Shown here piece after piece: positions 25,731 to 37,400 of a stretch of 64,000 nt of DNA. This DNA comes from Thalia democratica (taxonomy: Eukaryota), in assembly GCA_965202585.1 (NCBI GenBank), contig OZ241827.1, positions 25,296,001 to 25,360,000 on the forward strand, given 5' to 3'. Made by a program: the position numbers and the translations under genes. Position 1 is the stretch's first letter, and every line of letters begins with the position of its first letter. Under the pieces are notes generated by a model. The model worked only from the letters and a program-made list of their open reading frames with translations, was not told where the DNA came from and did not search any database.

Positions 25731-28700
25731 AAACAGCAAAGTTTTATACTAATACACTTGTTTCAAATAAGTTGAATTAAGTTAAGCAAATACAATCATC
25801 ACTTCCTTTTAAATAAACAAAACTTACTAGTAATCATACACTTTTATCGTTTATCACTTTTTTTTGTTTAAAAATTTAGCTTGAAGTTAGTTTAACTAAC
25901 AAAAAATAAAAAACCATTAAAGTTACATATTTTGTTAAAACAAAACTTTTTGTTGAAACGTAATTGTTATATATAAATAATTAGTTTCGAGCATATTTTA
26001 TCTCGATTGTTATAAGTATATTATTACTTAATTTATACATCTATGAAATAAAAACTAACACATTTCAACAAACAATTAAAGCATTTAGTTGTGAATAAAA
26101 ATTTTACCATCGATTTTATACCTAACAGCAATAAAGATCCGCCATTCAAGTTGATAGAAGCTATAATACAACTTTTAAAGTTTATATCAAAATAATCTTG
26201 TGCTTTTAAACCTAATCTTTGTTTAAACTAGGTTAAAATCATTTTCACAGCCGCCCCTTTAAAAAAAAGTAAAAGTAAAAATCACAACCTTTATTTATAG
26301 ACCCCAACTATCTAGTTTAAATCATTCTTCAATTTATTTTTTATTGATTTAAAAAAAAACCAAGAATATTATGTTTAAGTAAATTGTTGTCGCCTTAAAA
26401 AGTTATCGCCCAATAACTCTAAAATCCCCCTTTCTTACCTTAATAGTTTTTTACCCGCCTTACTAAGACAAAATGTTTTTAATTTTCTAGTGCTGCTATT
26501 TTTTTCTTAAGTCTTTATTTTAACAGTTTACCGAAAGAGTTAAATATCTATTTCTGTTTAATAAATGTTATAAAGGTTTGATTTTTTTACCAACTACTTA
26601 TGAGTTCCTAAAACTAAAAACTACTTTTACTTCATTAAAACGCGTTGAAGATTTTATGTAAAAAGTCAGGCTTTCGTTAACCAACTAAGAGATTGTAAAA
26701 TAAACAAATCATTCTATAATACATGTTTCATTTAAATATTACAGAAAAAAAACTATGGATTATCTTTTATTTATTTTAATAACATTTGTACGTTTACTTA
26801 TTTTCTTATTGTAAATTTATTAGTTTACTAGTTTTGACAAGTTGATAAAAAAATTGTATATGAAACTGAGTCGCATTAAATTTTTTATTTTAAGTATTTT
26901 ATCTGCCTTAATAATGTCATCACATTTAGAACCTTTGTAAAATGACACAAAATTTCCTGTTTTGTAACAAGAAAACAAGAACCTGTTGAATAATTATAAC
27001 TTAAATGTCATTTTTAATATAGTCAATTTGTCAGCTTTTAATTTAATTTCACTAAAGTAATTGAAAAAAAAAAAATTATAAATCATCTTATTAATTTTTA
27101 AACCAAGAAAATATAATTCAACTAGTATAATGTTAACTTGACTCCTTTTTGTTCAATATAACTTGCTTATTTATGTCATTATCAATCTAAAACTACAAAA
27201 TAGCTTGGTCAAATTTAAAACGCAAAGAAAATAGTACATATAGTTTTATATTTAAAATTCTTATGACACTAATTTTCTTGATTGTCGCTCGATATCTAAT
27301 GAGCTTGTTGGATTTAAGCAGTATATCAAAAATTTTCTGATGCTGGTTTTATTTCAAAATATTTTAAAAAATTTAACTGTATAATCACTTACTTATGTTT
27401 GTTACACAGTGAACTTTAATACTGAGACCCTTATCAAGTAATTAGTTGAAAAAAGTGTAACGTTACTAGTCATCACTTCCTCATATTGTCATCAATTTTT
27501 TTTTGTTTAGTATCATGTTTGAGTTCACTAATTTGATAATTTTAAATGCTTCTTAAACCAATTGAACTTTTTGAAAAAAGTTATTGGTAAGTAACAAGTA
27601 TGTATATATCTAAGAATTTGCTCAAACGTAAATATCACAAATACCTTTTTAGAGCATAATTTACATTATTATTATTGTTGAACTAGTAATACTAAATAAT
27701 TTTTTATAATATAAACACAAACACGTTTTTAATAAACAGTTTAAACGTTATATATAGTGAAAATTTATTATCTACTTTTACTAAACAATAATAAAGATAC
27801 ATTATTCAAGATAATAAAAAGCTATAACTCTGGGTTTGGCTAACTGTGCCAAACGCGGCACGCGAAGCATATACCTGTGGTTTGCGATGTACTTTTCAGC
27901 TGTATTTTAATTTGAACAAATAATTATTTATAAATAATTTTTAATTTTGTTTTCTTTTGATGCCTGTCTGTTTTGTAAATGTGTTTAAGTCAGGACTAGT
28001 ATGAAACAATTTTTTAGAACAGTTATACAGAAAAAAGTGTTCTACAATATATGTTACCCTATCTAAATTTAAAAAAATTGTTAAAAACAGTTATACTTTC
28101 TTCTAATTTTTACTCTAAAATATCAAAACTTACTGTTGAGTACAAACTGACTGACTTGTAAACCTAATAATTATTTAATTTAACTACGTTAGTTTTCTTT
28201 TATACCTACCTTTGTATTCTAATTACTAATTAGCATTGACCTATATGTAAAACGCTGAAAATCTTCCTGCTTTGTAACAAAAAAAGAAACCACTTGAACT
28301 TATTTTGCATAATTTATTATTATGTGTTAATTTTTTTTTGATACAGCTGTTTTTAATTTACACAGAAACTTACTAAAAGTAATTCAAAAATTTAACAAAT
28401 TAATTTTATAAAAGGTAAAAACAAGTAAGTACTTAACTTTAGAAAATAACACACATGTTTGCATCGAAGTCAATATTGTTTTTAATAAACTTCTTTGTAT
28501 TTACTTCTGGTAAAAACTATATTTTGATCTTTATTTCTTTTTGAAATTTTCCTACTGTAGTATATGATTTATTTAGAAAGTAAGTGTATATTGTTTTAAG
28601 GTCAATATAAAAACAGCTTTACATAATTAGCTTAGTACGTATTTATGTTTTGCAAACTAACGTTTTTTAATGTTAATTATTAAACTCGTAGGAATTGGAG

Positions 28701-28852
28701 TTTGTTTTAAACCTTTAATATTGTCATAAGTAACATAAATAAATTCATTAGTTTAGCAGTAAGAAATGTATAGTTTAATAGTAGAACACTTCGTAACGTA
28801 GGATTATTTTTAAGAAATTGGTTACATATAAAAGTTACATTAAAGGTAAATT

Positions 28853-28930
28853 ATCCAGGACAAGACGTTAAAAGGTATCCAAGTGGTGTGCGACTCGATA
28901 ACCGAAAAGTTCTTCGTGCACAAGGTCCTA
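28853..28930 (+). mobile_element. Structured SINE-like repeat, 3'-truncated copy
   Basis: atccaggacaagacgttaaaaggtatccaagtggtgtgcgactcgataaccgaaaagttcttcgtgcacaaggtcc. Confidence 0.8.
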
Positions 28931-29089
28931 GTGTTAGACATCGACGTGAAAATTTTATTATTTTCGCTTCGATAGTCCAAAAGTCGTATTTATAAGTAAT
29001 TTCATATTTAAATCCTTTTCTTTTACTAATAATTCTTTAAATGATAAAAACACTTTGGTTTTTAAAAACATTGTTTTAAAAAATAATAA

Positions 29090-30140
29090 CAACCGCTAGT
29101 TGACGCATTTTTGCCATGTATAATTAACTACCGATCACGCCGGGTTTCATGCTTTAATCAACATGTTACATCAAGCGACCATGTCTTGACCAGGCGATTG
29201 TTATGTAAGAAAGACGTATATAAACAGCAAAGCAAACGAGAAAGCAGATCATTTGGATTTCGACGTTAACAAGAAGCATCACTACGCCAGTTTCCAGTCC
29301 GAAGCGTAAGCCGCCATCTTTGGAAAGCTAGCTGAACTCTCGGAAAACCTTCTCTTGGCGGTTTGAGTGTAAGTCGCCATCTTGGAAAAACTAGATGAAC
29401 TCCGGTGAAACATTCTTATTCAAGTATTTGTTTGTTTGTCTGAAACATTTACTTTGTACTTAACTTCATAACTTCGTAGTTTTTATATCTTGTTCTATAT
29501 ACATTTTGTATACCTACTTCAGCAACGTCGACGGGGCGTACAACTTGATTTAAGTTGTTAACGTGCAATACTCATAAGCCTACGCATTCTGCAGCAGACA
29601 AGCAGCAACAACTTCCAGTTTGGATCATTTTGAACATTGAACTCGACCCATAAGCCCACGCATTCGGTGGCATGAACTTATTACTTTATTTCTAATTTTC
29701 TTTATTTGAATATTATATTTTTTTATCTTGCGCGCTCCACATCCGGTGTCAACAAGGAAGTATAAGTTCCTACTTTCTGAACCAGTAAACTGTACGAACA
29801 ACCATCTGTTACAGCCCAAGTAGAATTGTGAACTGCAAGAAGCTTTCTCAAGAAATAACTTTTCTTGTGTCTTTGATTTGTATTGTATAATAAAACATAT
29901 AGACACTTGATAGTCTATATTTAAACTTAAATTATAAGAAAAATGAATAGAGTATTAGCTCTTACACACTCTTGCATTCGGTCGCAGACCGAGGTAGCAA
30001 CTAAAGATAAAGATGGCCCCGAAGCTACTGCTAATCAGGCTCCTGTCAGAACTGCCGAACCTGTTACAGAGGCGGTTTCAAATAAAACTAGAGACCCCAG
30101 TAGCCCGGAGTACATCACTAGAACCAAATACTTTAAGCTT
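29090..30140. other. GC-richer island with tandem YY1-like motifs and a decayed ORF; probable transposon end/5' UTR remnant
   Basis: Two ~62-nt units, each with taagYcgccatctt..gRaaa.ctagMtgaactc (29305-29420), followed by a short Ala/Thr/Pro/Glu-rich ORF fragment (29943-30200). No LTR pair or TSD identified. Confidence 0.4.
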
Positions 30141-30937
30141 CTTTTTTATTCGTTCAATAAATTATTATTTAAATACCTACCTAGCTATCTTAACTTTTAA
30201 TAAGCACTAACAAGATTATGGAATTATAAATATTCTAGGTCTGAAAAATTTAAAAGGCTTACTACAACAAAAATTTTATAAAAAGATATTAAAATTTTTG
30301 TTTGTTAACATTTACTATGAGTTGATTGATTTAAATGAAAAACATGTTTAATTCAAACATTAAGAAACGTGCAAAAAAAAATCATTAACTATTTTTCTTC
30401 TACCAATTTTATACTCTTCGTAGCTTCTTATTTATACTTTATCTTATAGATTTAGGATCATTTTACTTTCTACCATTTTAAATGAAATTTATTTTGTTTT
30501 TATTAACGTTATCACAGTAGTGATGCATAAACTTGTGAAACATGAAAATTTAAGTAAGTATGGAGTATAACATTTTTGTGTGTAAATAATAAACTACATT
30601 TTAACTTTACAATATTTTAGTTAGCATATCATTTTATAACGCAGTTTTATGTTTCACCAGTACATACCAGCTTATATGATTTTTTATAAGTTTTTAAGAC
30701 TTTACCTGACTTTTACTTTTACTAGAGTCAGTATTTATTTATAAAGTTTTCTGTTTAACTATGCAAAATGATGTTTTCAATAGATGCTTGCCTAGTAAAA
30801 AGTTGTTGTAAGTTTTTTATTATCATTTTTTGCTTAAAAATTTACTTCTATTATTACTTTAATTTCAAATTGAAAATATAGATAAATGAGAAATACAAGT
30901 ATTAAATAGTTTTTGGACACATTGCTAGAATTATAGT

Positions 30938-31055
30938 TTATTAAACGATAAAAAAAGACGCTCAAAATACTTGGTCATAGGACTTGGTGCACGAAGAACC
31001 TTTTGGTTATCAGGTCGCACGCCAAGGATACCTTTTAACGTCTTGTCCAAAACAG
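30938..31055 (-). mobile_element. Structured SINE-like repeat, full-length copy, reverse strand
   Basis: The reverse complement reads ggacaagacgttaaaaggtatccttggcgtgcgacctgataaccaaaaggttcttcgtgcaccaagtcctatgaccaagtattttgagcgtctttttt. Confidence 0.8.
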
Positions 31056-31132
31056 AACAGGGTAACTAAGCTAAATCAATAAAATATTTTATATTCTTGC
31101 TAATAAACTAGTCCTGAACAAAACATTTAACT

Positions 31133-31219
31133 GTATCCGTGGTGTATGGCGAAATAAACGAATGGTTTTTTTTCGTAAACCAGGTACTTAAACCATTTTT
31201 TGAGCGCTTTTTTATCGTT
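31133..31219 (+). mobile_element. Structured SINE-like repeat, diverged copy, head-to-head with the previous one
   Basis: gtatccgtggtgtatggcgaaataaacgaatggttttttttcgtaaaccaggtac...ttttgagcgcttttttatcgtt. Confidence 0.6.
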
Positions 31220-31683
31220 CAACTAAGAATATATAAAAAATGACTTTATCTGTCGAAAACGTCAGTTTTTTTATCTTTCTATAACATAGAAGAGAGCATC
31301 CTACGATCCATGAGCTTGGTTAAGTTTGATAGAAAATAAAATTAGTCTGTATTTTTGGAAGTTTATATGGCAAAAAAAGTAAAATCAGTCTAAACACGAA
31401 AATAAAAGATACATTCATTATTTAACCTTAAAAGCGTTGGTAATTTATGTTAATAGTTTCCGAAACATTAATAAAAAGATTTCAAACTTACTAAAACTTA
31501 GAATAAATTGCAACATATTTTCGCAGATTTTAGCAGTTCTATAAAAAATAAAATAATTAAATTCTTTTCAGGATATTTTATTTGTAACTTTTTAACAAAA
31601 ACTCTTATTTCAAACTTACAACTGTATCTCATAATTTTTTTTTTAATTGTTAGCAGTCATGACGTTGGTTTTATTTATATAAG

Positions 31684-32848
31684 CAGGGTTGCCACAAATA
31701 AGCTGAGAAAAGTTTCCTGGGTTTTTACTAAAACTTTCCTGACTTTTATAAATCAAACTCTTAATTTAAAATTATTTTAAAATACATAATCAAAAACTTC
31801 AAACTATCTAAAGCTTTCAATCTTATTTTCATACAGGTTAAAATAATTTTTTTTACTGAATCCAATCATCTAACTTCCATTACATCACTTTAACCATCTG
31901 TGTATGATGATTGATGTATCTTTAATAAATAGCTCTATCAGCAAAATATAGTCAGACTTAAAATAAAAGTTGTAAAATAACCTATAAGGTAATATATATG
32001 CATATCTTTAAATAAAAAATATTTATCTAAAACATGTAATACGTTTATAAATTGTTCACTTAGTTTAAAATGCTACATAAATTATATAATATAAAATCCT
32101 TAAATTAAAAACCAATTAGATATAAATATACTTAACTAACTGTAAAAAAATACATAAAAAAGTTAACTATACATCTGTTATATAAAATATATCCTCTTAT
32201 GATTTAGTATAACATTTAATCTACTCTATTCTACAAAAGTTATTTTACAAAAAATACAAATAATTTAACTTATCATGAAATATACTCTTATAACTTAATA
32301 TTCAAGTTTAAACGACTTAAAAAACATAAAGAGGTATAATATACACATAAACTTGTTACATAAAATACTAAACTTAGTTCTTAATTATAAAGAACTTATT
32401 TGTTTACAAAAAAACACTTTGATTTTAAATTTCTGCAAGATAAACTTTTGTGTATATATCACAGTTTCAATATGGAGGTGTCCTTTCCACAGATCATCAA
32501 TACTAAAAAGCATACAAAAACTGCCTGTTGAAGTAGGGTAGTTGTTTAATATATTGATAGAAAAATTTTGCAGTTTATATAAAGGATTTTTTTTTTCAAT
32601 TTATACCAGATGAAGGCATTACAAATTAAGTAATTTTATAAATTTAAAGAAAAATTTTGGTCTGACAAAAGAATTTTCAATTGACTTTTACCATTTAAAG
32701 GCTTTGGAAAATAAGGAGTTATGTAATTTTAAACTGACAATATCTAACTTTTTTTTTAATTTTGTCAAAATTTCTGACTTTTTTCAAAAACCCCATTTTT
32801 TCCTGACTGTTGTCATTTTTTATTTTTCCTGACCTTGTGGCTGCCCTG
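31684..32848. mobile_element. Non-autonomous hAT-like DNA transposon (CAGGG ends), 6-bp TSD TATAAG
   Basis: TIRs cagggttgccaca / tgtggctgccctg; TATAAG directly on both sides; ttcctgac subterminal motifs; the first ~260 nt recur at 62550. Confidence 0.8.
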
Positions 32849-33239
32849 TATAAGAATTAAAAATATTAAATAACAAATTTAGACATGTAAAAAGCTACCA
32901 ACTCCTGCCCTAGAGTAAATAAATGCTGTAAGGAAACATAATCTATAAGTTATTTTATAGTTATGATAAATATGACACGAAATCATAACAAATATAATTA
33001 GTTTTAATAACTTATATTAATTACTTCATAGTTTTCATTGTTTTATATTTAACCATAACAGTGATTTTTTAAACTACACACCACTTTTCCGTTTAATTTT
33101 TTGTTTCAAAAAGATACTAATAGCGTGGCCCCACTGGATTTTGAAAAATTTCTTTCTGTTTCTGAATTTCTTCCAAGTTTTTTTAACAGGGTTTAAAATT
33201 TTTTTGAAAAATTTCTTCTAGGTTTACAGAATTTCTTCC

Positions 33240-33817
33240 AGATTTTTAAAAATACACGTTTTTGATTATATTTTTAGTTGAAATATAAGTTTAAGGTCAA
33301 AAAATGTGTTAAATAATATAACAACATTGAAAAGATACTGTAAAACTACTTTAAATGTTTTATTAATAAAAATCTTTTGACGATGAAAAATGTTTTTTAT
33401 CTATATGGTAGATTTTTCTTGTTAAATTAAATGTTAATACTTAAAATGTAAAAATTGTTTAAAATTCCAGGTCTTTCAGTGTTTTTTGTTCCAAATTCTA
33501 GGTTTTTGAAGGTTATTTTAGCCTAAATTGTCAATAACAAGATTTTTTCAGGATTCCAGGTTTTTTGGCAGCCCTGTTAAAAGTACACGTTTTTAGGTCT
33601 GTTTTTAGTCTAAAGTTTAAAATACGTTTAAAAAGTGTGTTAAGTAGTATAAAAGATACTGTAAAGCTAGTTTAAATGTGTTTTTAATAAAAAATTGTTT
33701 AATTTTTTTTAAATTTCAGGTTATTCAATTTAATTTTTTTCCAAATTTCTCAAATTCTAGGTTTTTCCAGGTATTTTTAACCTAAATTGTCAAATTTCAG
33801 GTTTAGTGGCCACCCTG
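33240..33817. repeat. Tandem pair of hAT-like MITE right ends
   Basis: 33240-33576 and 33580-33817 are similar (aaaRtacacgttttt ... aaagatactgtaaa ... YYaggttttt repeats) and end in tggcagccctg and gtggccaccctg. Confidence 0.6.
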
Positions 33818-34482
33818 TACATAAACTAGCAAAAACAAAAAGACATTAGTTCTGAAACGATTTCAGAAATTACTTCAATGTGAACTGTTATTTTTTAACA
33901 TGCATTACTTCTATAAAATAAAAAAACTGAAATACAAAATATACCCTATACTATTTAGTTTTGATCATTAAATCAAAGTTCATCACTATTTTTTAACAAA
34001 ATGAGCAATACATTGGAGACACATAAAAATTAAACTATTTTGTAGAACCAAAACATAATCATAAATAATTAGTAAATAGTACTTACTTATAAGAAAATCA
34101 AACGTATATTATAATCTTAAGACGATTAAAATGTTCTATATATACACTTGAAAATTTAAACAACTTCATTAAAATTTATTTAAAAAAATTGATTAATAAT
34201 TTACACAACTAAAATTATACTAATTCTTTTAAGTTAGTTTTAGAAAAAAATACTTCAAAGATTTTCAAAGACAGAAACAAAACTACCAATTCATACATAA
34301 TAAGTTAGTGTTTTTCAATATATGCTTAAAGAATTACCTAATCGAAAAGCAAAAATGTTAGAAATAGGTAGGAGAAGTCTAATAATTTATAAGCGATATT
34401 TTTAAAGTCATAATAAACTTATCGGGCTTTAAAATAAAATTAACTACAACAGAATGTTTCAAAACATATGATTATTTCTTAT

Positions 34483-37400
34483 TTATAAACCAATAAAAAT
34501 ATTTTTTCCCATAAGAGAATTACACTTTATCTTGTACTTCTTATGAAGTTCTTTTTTTATGAATCTTAAATACAGTCTTAACACAACTTCACCACCGTTA
34601 TGATTTTTTAACGTAGACACCATACTAGAAGCAAATTGATCTACATCATCAGTTTTTCTGCACAAATGTGTAAACTTTTTGATCTGTGCAAACTTATTGG
34701 CGTCCAAGTTCGTCTTCAGCGCTCGTAGAAACTCGCTAGCTGGAGCTTTGTTCAAAGCAGCCTCGTCAAACTTGCAAGAAGAGGCAGCAAAGGAACCTGA
34801 ATCAGAGGTTATTTTCTTTTGGTTTATAAACTCATCTTCCTTTGCCTTTGATGTGCATGGCATGTCAGACTGTTTCGTTGCTTCAGAAACAAAGCTCTTC
34901 GAAATCCTGTTAGAGTCCTTCAACTTGATTCTTTTTCTAGCTCTCGGCGTGGACAAGGGATCAGTTTGGGTCTGCTCAACGACGAGCGTTTCACGTTTTA
35001 GAGAGCCTTGAGACGAGTCGGAAGGCGTTTGATTGTGGAAGTTAAACGTTGTGAAGCCAGAACCAGCTTCGTTTGAGTTGAGTGCAGTCAGCAAGCTCAA
35101 ACTGTTCATGTCAGTACCGACCAAGCTACCGCCGACGTGGGAATTTTTACAGCAATCGTACTGAGACATGGCTTCACTTATTGTTAGGTTAGACTTTTGC
35201 GTGCTCTGGCTCTTAATGTGTACAACTTTTTCGTTAAACTTTGGAAAATCTGAAACTTTCATAAAGTTTGAAGACAGTGTTAGTTTTCTTTTTTGACTTG
35301 TTGCGCTGATCTGACTATAATTAATCTTGGACGGAGGCGGCGCGCCTTTAAGCCTGACTGATTCTTTAGCTTGAATGGAACAAAAAAACGATTTCAGCCT
35401 GCGTATGTATTTCGCAAAGTCATCAAAAACAACCACCTGGTCCCTTATCCAGACTGGCAGCTCTTTTATCTGGTTCTGCATGGAGTACCTCGTGTCGAAT
35501 AGTATGATGGCCCCGTAATCGTGCCTGTGCCGGATCACCCTGCCGATGGCCTGGTTCACCGCCCTGCAAGCCTGCAGCCGGTACCACTCCTCGCCCGACA
35601 GAAAGTCTTTGAAGTGCTCTTTCTTTCTCAAGTCGTTGAGAAACAGCTGCTTCAGCTTGACCTTGGGATCAAATGCGGGCGGAAAGGGAATGCCGAGAAT
35701 GACGACGGCCCTGCCGTTTTCGTTCGAAAAATCCAGACCTTCCGACACCTTTCCCCTGCAAACGGCGAACAAAATCGCCTCCTTTTTGGTCTTGATGCTG
35801 CTGTAGTAGCTGTCTATGGTGGCCTTGAAGTCTTTTTTGTCCTCCATGGTCACCGGCTTGATCTTCCCCAGCTCCTCCATCACGCCCATTTCCTCCCACT
35901 TGTCGCGGAAGTTGATCATGGCTGAGTAGCTGGCAAAGAAAACCAAGACACCGCCGGGTGTCGACCTTGCGATGGAGCACAGGGAAGTGCCAATCTCCAC
36001 CGCCATCTTGCGGTCGTCCCTCGTGCCGTAGGTCAGCTTCATGTTCCCGCCCTGGATACCCGACCTCACCACGCCCACGAACACTTGGTGGCGCTCGATA
36101 ACGTGACCGTTGGAAATTGTGATGGGGGCGGGGATGTGGAACTCGGTGATGAACGTGTTGAGCGGGGTTAGCGTCCCGCTGGTCAGTATGAGGTTGCGGA
36201 CTCCGGTGGCCACCAGGTCTTTCATTGCGTAGCCGGGGCTGAAGCACCAGTAGGACAGGGTTCTAACTTTGGTGTCCTGCTTGCTGCTCTCTGTGTTCCA
36301 AACGTTCGACGGGTTCTTGTTAAACGTCTTTTCTTTTTCCTCAATGAAAACCCTGTAAAACGTACTGAGCTCGTCAACTCTCGACCTCGAGTCTGGGTCA
36401 ATGGCGTTCATTGGAGCGAACACAATCCTTATTATGTCACCAAATTTTTGTAAAGCCACGCCTCGCGTTTTGAACTGGTTGCTCAACGTGGAAAGATATT
36501 TGTATATGTTTTCTAACAGTTCAAGCAAGATTTCGTACGTGTCAAAGTTGAGATTGACTCTGTTGAACAGCTCGAATATGTAAGAGCCCGACTTTTGAAG
36601 ACTGTTAGTGGTTTTGTCGAGCTCTATTTCAAGAAAGTACTGCTCCAGCACCAAAAACAGCTGCTTCATCAGAGCAAGCTCGTCTCTGTTGAATTTGGCG
36701 AGAAGGCTGGAGCTCGTCTCGTCGGCGTCCTCGCTCGTTATCCCGCTGTCCTTGAACTTGTTCACCGCCTCCAGTATCTCGTTCATCTCCTGGATGCAGT
36801 GCGCCAGGTCGGTGGAGGTCAGGTCGAAGGAGCTCGACTCCTCGCAGTTCTTCTCCAGGTTGTGCGCCTCGTCTATTATGACGATGTTGCCCGCCGTTTC
36901 CAGCCCCTGCGCTTTCCTCGACTTCTTGTCCAACAAGTAGTTGTACGGCGTGAAGATGACGGCCGTGCTGCTGTTCTTGGCGATTTCCCGCTCCGCGTAG
37001 TACGGGCAGCAGCTGGTGGCCTCGCCCATCTTGGCCAGGTCCTCGATGTCCATGATCTTGCTGGTGAACACGCCGGTGCGCTGCCCCTTCTCCACGTTGT
37101 TGTAGTAGTGGCACATGCGCTTCTTCACCTTGGTGCGGCACATGTGCACCATCAGCTGGTTGCTCGACTGCCGGGACACTTTGGGGTGGACGCACAGCTG
37201 CTGGCGCGACCCCATCACGCTGATGTTCACGTCCTTGCCGTACCTGGTCCTCTTCAGCTCCTTCACCACCTGCGCGAGTTTATTGTTATCTGTTGTGTGG
37301 CAGTTAAGTTTAAAAACCTGTATAAAAATTGCAAGTTAAAATGTAAAAAGGTGTTGAGTGCTAGAGCTCACTTAAAATCGAAAGCAACTTTATTCGTACG

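Larger units (their letters stand above)
18900..28400. repeat. Degenerate tandem segmental duplication, unit ~3.5-3.8 kb (two clear copies plus fragments)
   Basis: 19500-22560 aligns co-linearly with 23290-26420, in introns and flanks as well as exons. Flank blocks recur: ctagcattgacct...ttcctgYtttgtaWcaa...gaaacYacttgaact at ~19135 and ~28230, with related sequence at ~22930 and ~26950; tctactttYtactWaacaaYaaYaaagatac at ~22290 and ~27770. Boundaries are approximate. Confidence 0.75.

Noticed and set aside
34483-37269. Bacterial or horizontally acquired gene suggested by the GC jump
   Set aside because: The protein is a metazoan-type RTEL1 joined by a canonical intron to exon 1, and GC grades smoothly into background at the 3' end
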